Positions 56,551 through 64,000 of a stretch of DNA of 64,000 nt are shown here, one piece after another. Every line of letters begins with the position of its first letter. The stretch's first letter is position 1. Source of the DNA: Candidatus Micrarchaeota archaeon (lineage in GTDB: Archaea > Micrarchaeota > Micrarchaeia > Anstonellales > Bilamarchaeaceae); assembly GCA_018304385.1 (NCBI GenBank), contig JAGVWJ010000014.1, positions 1 through 64,000 on the forward strand, written 5' to 3'. Below the pieces are notes generated by a model that saw nothing but the letters and a program-made list of their open reading frames with translations, was not told the DNA's origin and made no database searches. The position numbers and the translations under genes were made by a program.

Positions 56551-57645
56551 CTAAGGAAGTACCAATACCCCACCAAAGTTCCTTGAAATTTCTTTTGCAT
56601 GGCTATCTGGTGACTCATCAGAAGATAAATCTAATTTTAACCTGTTTTCCCTTCTAACAAATCTAGTAAACATAGGCTCAGTCATAGCCAAATCTAGTAA
56701 ATCGTCTAATGTTATCATTCTTTCACGATTTAGTACTACTCGAGTCCTTACTCGCTCAACTAACTCCTTAGCGTTCTCTAAACTTATATTATAAATTCCT
56801 TTAAGTAAATATGGAAAAAGTAAAGGATCAACTTCTGTGCCAACAACTGTTAATGCAAATGCAATAGATTTTTCTAAGGTATCAACACTATCCGCTTCGT
56901 CATTAGGAACACGATAATACCTTTTTAATCTAGCACTAAGTAAATCGCAAAGTTTTAGAATTCGTTGATGAAGCTGCAGTTCACTTCCTATTATCAGCTT
57001 TCCATCCATGCCGGGTAATTCGCCGTAACTTGGGCTTCTTGGATGATTAAGGCCACTGAAATTTATATGGTGGCACCCTACATTATCAGTAATAAGCCTA
57101 CTTACAGAATCCCCATTGTCCTCTATTTGCAGTTCTTCTAATAACGCAACTCCGGCCTGTAGATGCCCGTATCTAATAAAATCTCTTTCAGAATCAGTTA
57201 ACCTGCCCCAAAGCTCTTTTCCTAATAGACCACGAGGTATGAAACTCTTGCCAATATCATGAACATAGCCAGATAACTGCATAAGTGCAGCAATGTCTTC
57301 AGGTAAGTAATTAAGCAAACCTGCTTGTTGAAGCTCTCTTGCTAAGATATATGCAAGATCACCAACTTCTCTGCAATGCATATATGTATAGGGAAGAAAT
57401 GGAGACCGATCATTTGGGCCAACTAGCTCTCTTCTTGTAAAGGTTGAAAATGAGGATGTTGTAAAATGCTTATGGCCATCATCGAGTTGTTCTAGTCTGT
57501 CGAATACTCTTTTAAAAATACCACGAAGAATCTTTTTTCTATATTCATCTGAAGAACTGGTTCTTTGTAATGTTGCTATATATAACCTTTCAGTAATTCT
57601 GGGCCTTCTGCCTTGCCACACCCCCCTATGGTCAAGAAATTGCAT
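56551..57645 (-). CDS. HD-GYP-like phosphohydrolase
   Basis: H...V..LA..LA, HDIGK, H..G..LL, HH...SG, RILKLCD. Confidence 0.75.
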   Translation of the reverse strand: MQFLDHRGVWQGRRPRITERLYIATLQRTSSSDEYRKKILRGIFKRVFDRLEQLDDGHKHFTTSSFSTFTRRELVGPNDRSPFLPYTYMHCREVGDLAYILARELQQAGLLNYLPEDIAALMQLSGYVHDIGKSFIPRGLLGKELWGRLTDSERDFIRYGHLQAGVALLEELQIEDNGDSVSRLITDNVGCHHINFSGLNHPRSPSYGELPGMDGKLIIGSELQLHQRILKLCDLLSARLKRYYRVPNDEADSVDTLEKSIAFALTVVGTEVDPLLFPYLLKGIYNISLENAKELVERVRTRVVLNRERMITLDDLLDLAMTEPMFTRFVRRENRLKLDLSSDESPDSHAKEISRNFGGVLVLP

Positions 57646-57701
57646 ATGGGTAGTATGTTACGTAAAAAATATAAAGATGTAGTCACTTTATTAGTTGTTA
57701 A

Positions 57702-58178
57702 TTATTTGAGATATCGAGAACCTATAAATTTCGTTATCCAAAGATACGGGATATGAAGAAGGATAATCATTATAAGAACACCTATAAATTGTAGGGGAGA
57801 AGCACACATCGATAGAGAATAAAGTGCTCTTCCTATACTACCTTCTGGATAATCCTCTTGCTTTGGACAACCGGAAGTATCAATATTAAGTGTTTTTACT
57901 ATTACTGGCGCGAATAAATAAAACACAATTAATAATATTACAAAAATTCCCCAAAACTTTATTAATGAAGAGATAATAGATTTAGTTTCATCACTGGTAT
58001 TAAAATGTCTGATAATCTTCCAGAATAAAAATGGACTGGTGATAAGTAAAATTAAAAAAAGCGAGTTAAGAGCTGTAAGAAAAATCATAAAAAAGAATAA
58101 TATAATAAGTGGTAGACCAATAACTGCAATCTTTATTTTCGAAATTTTTATTTTTTCTTTCTTTATTTCTTTTGCCAT
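57702..58178 (-). CDS. Hypothetical membrane protein
   Basis: Three to four TM segments; one Cys pair. Confidence 0.6.
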   Translation of the reverse strand: MAKEIKKEKIKISKIKIAVIGLPLIILFFFMIFLTALNSLFLILLITSPFLFWKIIRHFNTSDETKSIISSLIKFWGIFVILLIVFYLFAPVIVKTLNIDTSGCPKQEDYPEGSIGRALYSLSMCASPLQFIGVLIMIILLHIPYLWITKFIGSRYLK

Positions 58179-59587
58179 ACATGTATCGCCCTTCCTAATG
58201 TTGCTTCTGCAGCCTCCATTAATGCTTCTGGGAATGTTGGATGCGGATGGATTGTCAATGCTAAATCCTCTAATGTGAATCCCATTTCAATACCTAATGA
58301 AGCTGCACTTATCATATCCCCAGCATGCGGACCAACTATTTGTATTCCCAATATAAGCTGTGACTCATCTGCGATTATTTTTACAAATCCTTCGCTTTTT
58401 CCAACGCTTACTGCACGACCAAGAGCAGAGAATGGAAATCTGCCTACTTTAATCTTAATTCCTTGTTCTTGGGCTGCTCTTTCAGTTAAACCAACCTCTG
58501 CAATTTCCGGGTCAGAGAATATAACAGCAGGTACGCTTGCTGGATTATATGCAGAAGGCAAACCTGCAATGCATTCCGCAGCAATCTTACCTTCTAAAAA
58601 CGCCTTATGCGCAAGCATTGGTCCAGGTGTTATGTCTCCTATTGCATAAATGAACGGGTCAGTTGTACGACGCTTTTCATCTACTTTCACAAATCCTTTT
58701 TCATCTAATTGAACTTTTGTTTTTTCCAACCCGATATTCTGCGTGTTTGGTTTGCGACCTATTGATAGCATAACGAGCTCTGCATCTACTGCGAATGAGC
58801 CTTTTTCTTTTGAATTAATAAAAATAGTTACTTTATCCTGATCTTTTACCATACGTTCTGGTGTTGCGTATTCGTAAATATCGACTCCAAGTTCTTTACA
58901 CCGATCGTAAACTGGTTTTACTAGATCGCGATCAAGATGTGATGCAAGCACACTACGCGCAAGAAATGTTACTTTCGTACCTAACTTTGCATACATAAGC
59001 CCCAATTCTAATGCAATATATCCTGCACCAAGAACAATCATGCTTTTTGGTATATAATCAAGCTTAAGCGCCTCTGTTGATGTAATTATTTGTTTATTAT
59101 CTACTTCAAATCCTGGAAGCGTTTGCGTTGAAGAACCTGTTGCAATTATTACCTTTTCATATTCAACATAAGTTGGGCCATGCGGAGTATTAACATGCAA
59201 ACGCTTTGAGTTTTCGAAAAATGCCTCACCTTGTATTACATTTATTCCATATTTTTTCATAAGCATTGCTATGCCGTTTGTTAATTTGTTTATGCTATCC
59301 TCTTTCCAAGCCTGGAGTTTTTTTAAATCAAAGTTTATTTTCTCGAATGTTAATCCGAATTGCGGGAAATCCTTTTGTGCTGAATGGTATTGATCTATTG
59401 CATAAATTAGTGCTTTGCTTGGGATACAACCATGATGCAAACATATTCCGCCTAAGCCATTCGCTTCTTTTTCGATTAGAATAACATCTTTGCCAAGCTG
59501 CGCTGCGCGTATTGCTGCTACGTAGCCGCCTGGTCCGCCTCCAATAATTGCAACTTGACATCCGTTTGCTATGTCGCCTACTACCAT
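58163..59587 (-). CDS. lpdA: Dihydrolipoyl dehydrogenase
   Basis: GGGPGGYVAA, GGICL..GCIPSK, IATGS, AIGD..PGPMLAHKA, HPHPT..E. Confidence 0.95.
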   Translation of the reverse strand: MVVGDIANGCQVAIIGGGPGGYVAAIRAAQLGKDVILIEKEANGLGGICLHHGCIPSKALIYAIDQYHSAQKDFPQFGLTFEKINFDLKKLQAWKEDSINKLTNGIAMLMKKYGINVIQGEAFFENSKRLHVNTPHGPTYVEYEKVIIATGSSTQTLPGFEVDNKQIITSTEALKLDYIPKSMIVLGAGYIALELGLMYAKLGTKVTFLARSVLASHLDRDLVKPVYDRCKELGVDIYEYATPERMVKDQDKVTIFINSKEKGSFAVDAELVMLSIGRKPNTQNIGLEKTKVQLDEKGFVKVDEKRRTTDPFIYAIGDITPGPMLAHKAFLEGKIAAECIAGLPSAYNPASVPAVIFSDPEIAEVGLTERAAQEQGIKIKVGRFPFSALGRAVSVGKSEGFVKIIADESQLILGIQIVGPHAGDMISAASLGIEMGFTLEDLALTIHPHPTFPEALMEAAEATLGRAIHVWQKK

Positions 59588-59662
59588 ATGATGATCACCT
59601 AATCGTTTCCAGTTTTCAGTTTCGAGTCTTGAGTCCCCATGTATTACCTGTTTTGGGGTTGC

Positions 59663-59709
59663 GCTAGCCCTTTTTCCCTGATTTTTCTTGAGATTCTAAA
59701 AGGGCTGGC
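59663..59709. other. 12-bp stem hairpin between trmB-like gene and lpdA (possible terminator or leader structure)
   Basis: GCTAGCCCTTTT ... AAAAGGGCTGGC arms. Confidence 0.4.
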
Positions 59710-59737
59710 ATTTGAGATTTATTCGGAAATAAGGTAT

Positions 59738-60499
59738 TTAAGGTTTGGGTTCTTTCCCTAATCCCCATAAAAGATTAAAATAATGTAGATAACTATCAGC
59801 AATTTCCTTATTCTTTATTAGTATACAGAGTTTTTGTTTCTCAGTTACAACCATTACCCCAACATATTCTTTAAAGATATGGATAAATGCGGGTGTTCTT
59901 ATGCCTTCAGGCAAATATCTTTGTTCTGCGTGTGACCTCGCCTCTCTTTTTTTCCAGAACCACGTATCATAATCATATAAAATTTTAGCACGTATACCTT
60001 TCTTTGCAATTTTTTTGTGATAATCCTTAAAATAAGCATTTAATAGTTGGCTGGCTAATATAGGGTACCCCATGGTATACATTTCATCGCCTTTATGGGC
60101 AATATCTAGAGAAATATCATAAACTGTTTTGATTCCTCTAAGCCCTTCCAGTAGCTCCACAGAATATTCTTTCTTCTCAGCAAGAAATTCTTGTTCTAGT
60201 GATGGCAAAATACTTTCTAATTCCTGTTTCAACTTTTCAGTTTCTTGCTCACGGATGTCCAACAAATGCCTTAAAATAGCGGGTCTATTCGCCCTAAAGA
60301 GCTTGACCTTGCCCTCAATGATATAACTAACAATACCTTTGCTTATCAACGAGTCTAACACATGATATATCTTGGATGATGGAATTGTGGATTTCTTAAC
60401 TAAAGGTCCCGTAGTTGTTTGACCTAGCTCTAAAAGTGACAGGTAAATGCGAATTTCGTTACCGTCCAACCCTAATTTTCTTAATATTTCCGTGTTCAT
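59738..60499 (-). CDS. TrmB-family transcriptional regulator
   Basis: L.KLGL...E..IY..LL.LG..T...L.K.S.IP.SKIY..L.SL..KG.V. Confidence 0.88.
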   Translation of the reverse strand: MNTEILRKLGLDGNEIRIYLSLLELGQTTTGPLVKKSTIPSSKIYHVLDSLISKGIVSYIIEGKVKLFRANRPAILRHLLDIREQETEKLKQELESILPSLEQEFLAEKKEYSVELLEGLRGIKTVYDISLDIAHKGDEMYTMGYPILASQLLNAYFKDYHKKIAKKGIRAKILYDYDTWFWKKREARSHAEQRYLPEGIRTPAFIHIFKEYVGVMVVTEKQKLCILIKNKEIADSYLHYFNLLWGLGKEPKP

Positions 60500-60522
60500 A
60501 CTACTACCTTATAGTAGTAGTA
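60499..60522. promoter_or_regulatory. Inverted repeat TACTACTAC-CTTATA-GTAGTAGTA in the trmB/HD divergent promoter
   Basis: Perfect 9-bp arms touching the trmB start codon. Confidence 0.55.
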
Positions 60523-60556
60523 AACAAATATATTTTAAAGCGTACCCAACCTTATT

Positions 60557-61183
60557 ATGTCCTACACATACAATCCGATCTATACACATTTCAAAGGAGA
60601 TAAAATTTCTCGCTGTGAATTAATTGAGCGGAAAGTAATAGAGATAATTTTGAAAAGTAAAATGCAGGATGAAAAGCGCGCGTGGAGCAAAACTTTTGAA
60701 CTGAAACATAGTTCAGCAGTAACGCAGATTGGACGGATTCTGGCACAAAAACGTGGACTAGACTCTGAACTCGGCGCTATTATTTGCACTATGCACGACA
60801 TTTATGTCTTCACTACTGGCCGTGTTACTGACCATGCACATAAAGGCGCACCTATTGCTGAAAGAATATTACAGCAAACCAAAAAATTCACACCTAAAGA
60901 GATAAAACTCATTACTACGGCGATTTACAATCACAGTGATAAACACGTGGTTTCCAAAAATCCCTATGTTGAATTAGTTAAGGACGCTGATGTGCTGGAC
61001 TGCGGCCTGTACGATGGGGTGCATGACGCATATGTATACGAAAAATCCCAAGAGAACTGCAAACGCTATTTTGCGCGTATTAAGAACGTTCGCAAAGAAC
61101 TCGGTTTGCCTAGAGATCCAAAATGGGACAGTACTGACTACGTAGAGCAAGGAAAGACATATTATGAAAAGAATAAGAAATGA
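60557..61183 (+). CDS. HD-domain phosphohydrolase
   Basis: HS..V, MHDI, HA..GA, H, DAD.LD. Confidence 0.85.
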   Translation: MSYTYNPIYTHFKGDKISRCELIERKVIEIILKSKMQDEKRAWSKTFELKHSSAVTQIGRILAQKRGLDSELGAIICTMHDIYVFTTGRVTDHAHKGAPIAERILQQTKKFTPKEIKLITTAIYNHSDKHVVSKNPYVELVKDADVLDCGLYDGVHDAYVYEKSQENCKRYFARIKNVRKELGLPRDPKWDSTDYVEQGKTYYEKNKK

Positions 61184-61186
61184 TAT

Positions 61187-62587
61187 ATGAAAGATGTGAT
61201 AGTTATGACTGAAAACATTTGGTTCCATTGGGAAAGAAATGCAACGTTCACGCCAATTTTTATGTGCATGGAGGCATGGGGCCAGCCTACCGCAAAATAT
61301 TGGGGAGTTTCATGGCCAACAACAATTTGCGTGTGGAAAAACGATATTATTTCCTGGAATAATAAAAACCAGGACTTCTATGAAATGGGAAAAATATTAG
61401 TTGAGAATTTTCTAAAGAACGGTTGGGGTAAATTTGAAGATGAGATAAACGAAACAGCTATAAAAATAACTAAGTTTATGAGAGAATGTAATCCGATTGC
61501 TGACATGAGCGAACATGAATTAGTAAGGAAATTTAAGGAATTGCACAACTTATGGATACACTGGTTTGTGCTAGGAGTTACAGAACCTCCAGGTGTTTAC
61601 GGAGAAAAAATACTTGAAGAATTATCAAAGGATAAAAAGAATTTTTCATTATTAACATCACCTATTAGAAAATCATTTTCAAGGAGAGAATTTGAAGATC
61701 TTTTACAAGTTAAAAATGATAAAGAACTGGAGAATCATGCAAAAAAGTATTTTTGGCTTCATAATAATTATTTCACTACAGAAACCATTAGTAAGGAATT
61801 TTTCCAAGATGAATTGAAAAAACTAAGAGAGAAATATTCTGATTCAGCTAACTATCTAAATGAAGTAGAGAGAAATGATAAAGAGCTGTTAGTAGAAAAA
61901 GAAAAAATAATGAATCAGTTAAACTTTAGCGAACGAGAAAAGAAACTGGTGACCTTGATGGAATTCTTTGCATGGTTTCAGGATTATAGAAAAGAATACA
62001 CAATGCAAATGCTTCACTATCTAGATAAAATACTCGAGGCAATTGGCAAGATCCACGGACTTAGCCTAAAAGAGATGAAACATGTACTGCCAGAAGAAAT
62101 ATTGAATAACAAGATAGATAGAAATTTAATAAGAGAAAGAATGGAACATTTCATGGTTATATGGGACAGTGATCGCGCTAAGTTTGAATTAATCTTAGAT
62201 ACAGATGAAATTGAACAAAAGAAAAAACAAATTTTTGGAGAGAAGCAGCAAACTAAAGAGATAATAGAAATAGAAGGTCAGATAGCAAGCAAGGGCCGCT
62301 TAAAAGGAAGAGCTTTTGTAACTATGAGTGCGCACGATGCTAAAAACATTAAACCAGGTGAGATACTCGTAACTTCAATGACATCACCTGATTTTATAGT
62401 TGCAATAAAAAGAGCAGCTGCAATAGTGACAAACGAAGGCGGGATACTCTGCCATGCAGCTATTGTTTCCAGAGAGTTTGGAATTCCATGCATTGTGGGA
62501 ACACAAAATGCAACTCGATTAATTAAAAATGGGGATTTAATAGAAGTAGATGGGAATCATGGATTTGTGAGAATACTGAAAAATTAA
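61187..62587 (+). CDS. PEP-utilising enzyme mobile (swivel) domain protein with uncharacterised N-terminus
   Basis: GEILVT.MTSPD, AIVTNEGG.LCHAAIVSRE.GIPC.VG, ..VDG..G.V. Confidence 0.88.
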   Translation: MKDVIVMTENIWFHWERNATFTPIFMCMEAWGQPTAKYWGVSWPTTICVWKNDIISWNNKNQDFYEMGKILVENFLKNGWGKFEDEINETAIKITKFMRECNPIADMSEHELVRKFKELHNLWIHWFVLGVTEPPGVYGEKILEELSKDKKNFSLLTSPIRKSFSRREFEDLLQVKNDKELENHAKKYFWLHNNYFTTETISKEFFQDELKKLREKYSDSANYLNEVERNDKELLVEKEKIMNQLNFSEREKKLVTLMEFFAWFQDYRKEYTMQMLHYLDKILEAIGKIHGLSLKEMKHVLPEEILNNKIDRNLIRERMEHFMVIWDSDRAKFELILDTDEIEQKKKQIFGEKQQTKEIIEIEGQIASKGRLKGRAFVTMSAHDAKNIKPGEILVTSMTSPDFIVAIKRAAAIVTNEGGILCHAAIVSREFGIPCIVGTQNATRLIKNGDLIEVDGNHGFVRILKN

Positions 62588-62982
62588 TATCTAAAAACAG
62601 TTTTATTATCCTTAAAGGTTATTTCAAAATTATCAAAAACGTCTTTTCTTCCCAGAACCAAAGGAACTTCCTCAATAAGACACCATGCAATATCTGCTTC
62701 GATTTTTTTATTACCAATCTGAAGATTTATTTTTTTAAGAACAATTTGAACATTCTGTTCACCAACACCTTTGACTTCTTTTATCGAATCATTATCAATC
62801 TTAAAACCAAGATAATCACCAACTGATTTTGGAATCAAAGTAAGATCAGCACCAGAGTCTACAATCATGTGATATAATAATTCCTTGCCCTCATTTTGCA
62901 GTATTACATCAGCGAACGGTCTTAAGATTTTTCCAAAAATTCGTGAATGGCCTTCTCTAAATTTGAATTCTATTTCTTGCAT
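62584..62982 (-). CDS. Retropepsin-like aspartyl protease
   Basis: IVDSGAD and LVLGRKD motifs. Confidence 0.8.
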   Translation of the reverse strand: MQEIEFKFREGHSRIFGKILRPFADVILQNEGKELLYHMIVDSGADLTLIPKSVGDYLGFKIDNDSIKEVKGVGEQNVQIVLKKINLQIGNKKIEADIAWCLIEEVPLVLGRKDVFDNFEITFKDNKTVFRY

Positions 62983-63185
62983 TTTATCGCCATAAAAATA
63001 AAGGTATCTTCAGTTGGAACCTTAGCCAGCGTAGGTTTTTTACCAGTCTTTCTTTCTGCTTCTTCTATTACTTGCTTAGCATTATCTCCACTAGCAACTA
63101 TACTCTCATCAACAATAGCGATATATTTACCTTCGTATTTATGGAGATCAGCTTTTAAAAAAAATTCATATTCTTTGCTTGCCAT
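62970..63185 (-). CDS. DUF5678-like small protein
   Basis: L.KY.GKYIAIVD..IVASG....EV motif; overlaps protease start. Confidence 0.7.
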   Translation of the reverse strand: MASKEYEFFLKADLHKYEGKYIAIVDESIVASGDNAKQVIEEAERKTGKKPTLAKVPTEDTFIFMAIKCKK

Positions 63186-63280
63186 AATATCTATATTAAC
63201 TAATTAGACTTAAAACTTTATCTTTTACTCATCCATCCGCCCATAGACAACTGAAGGTGGATTTCTGGGTGGGGTTTTGG

Positions 63281-63997
63281 TTAACCGTCATCGCCTTTTT
63301 TACGTGGTATCCATTTTAGATATTCTGTACTCATAACCGTGTATTCCACACTTAAAATTTTTCCATCTTCCTGTAGTATGTATCTTTTTACGGCTGCTTC
63401 AATTTCGGGTGCAAAAAGATGGGCATTCCATACGTCTGACATCATCTCGCCCATGGAATCACCTTTTGCCCCTGTAAAGCATGACTCCAATATCATTGTT
63501 GGATCATCCACAAAATATTTTCTTAGTTTGCTTAATTCTTGTTTATCCGTAAGGTCCAAGTTGCCCTTCTCACCATGTCTGCCATCCAATAATATGCTAT
63601 CTATAGCACCATGGCCTCCTATGATCATAGTATCTATCTGCCCATAATCTCTGGCAACTCCAGCTACAGAATCATAAAATGCATCTTCTGTACTTACCTC
63701 AACTACAACTATTCTATAATATTTTGTCAGCGTCTCAAGCTTTTCACTATCATGATAAAAAGCCCCGTTCTTATCGTCCTTATTATGTGCTACAAGCAAA
63801 ACTGGTTTTTCTGAAGTTTGTTTGTCTTCGATTCTGTTATACATCTCGTCAAGCAACTTGTCACTATATCTGATAAAATATCCAATTCCAAAATTCTTGT
63901 AAAGTTCTGTAACCTTTTTTTTGCCCAGTTTCATTATTCCATATGTAAAATTGATGACTTCATCTCCTGTTGGGGTTGCTATTTTCAATTCTTTCAT
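63281..63997 (-). CDS. Clan-CD/caspase-like protease domain protein, probably 5'-truncated by window edge
   Basis: Homologous to C-terminus of 9486..13349 (KPVLLV, D.NGAF, IIGGHG, ILESCFTG); frame still open at 64000. Confidence 0.78.
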   Translation of the reverse strand: MKELKIATPTGDEVINFTYGIMKLGKKKVTELYKNFGIGYFIRYSDKLLDEMYNRIEDKQTSEKPVLLVAHNKDDKNGAFYHDSEKLETLTKYYRIVVVEVSTEDAFYDSVAGVARDYGQIDTMIIGGHGAIDSILLDGRHGEKGNLDLTDKQELSKLRKYFVDDPTMILESCFTGAKGDSMGEMMSDVWNAHLFAPEIEAAVKRYILQEDGKILSVEYTVMSTEYLKWIPRKKGDDG

Positions 63998-64000
63998 TAG

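Noticed and set aside
59600-59735. Seventh copy of the hairpin leader upstream of lpdA
   Set aside because: It has a 12-bp hairpin and a different heptamer class (ACTCAAG ACTCGAA ACTGAAA ACTGGAA) but lacks the GGCCGAC and ATAAGTAGAACGAC blocks. The similarity is too weak, so it is kept only as a generic hairpin.
335-64000. Numerous 60-180 aa antisense or alternative-frame ORFs overlapping confident genes
   Set aside because: They are shadows of real genes in AT-rich DNA with no motifs or RBS.
1-64000. IS elements, integrase, prophage, rRNA, stop-codon reassignment
   Set aside because: No transposase, integrase or viral hallmark motifs and no rRNA-like segment were seen; conserved proteins are full length under the standard code.

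Overview
AT-rich (roughly one-third GC by eye, not computed) archaeal chromosomal segment. The translation and transcription genes are archaeal (L11, L18e, L13, S9, RpoN, S2, aRF1, EF-1alpha, Rpp21). The reduced gene style and orphan families suggest a DPANN archaeon, probably Micrarchaeota (inference). Housekeeping content includes glmS, a GGPP synthase, a divergently split SUF system (sufC-sufS-sufU / sufB-sufD), asnS, lplA, lpdA and nucleoside-salvage genes. These are interleaved with accessory genes: three toxin-antitoxin pairs, a DUF5678-like/aspartyl-protease pair, HD-domain proteins, HEAT/solenoid proteins, two clan-CD (caspase-like) protease domains and three dispersed paralogues built from 1, 3 and 2 copies of an ~88-aa repeat. 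The most unusual signals are non-coding. (i) Six copies of a ~120-130 nt leader element always end at a start codon (or at the tRNA-Pro 5' end) and carry a 7-8 bp hairpin with compensatory substitutions. (ii) At least 14 phased heptamer arrays (GCNNTGR-like) sit at gene junctions, inside ORFs and directly in front of four leader copies. (iii) A tRNA-Pro(GGG) carries a 59-nt intron at the non-canonical 53/54 position. No CRISPR array, rRNA, transposase or reverse transcriptase was found.
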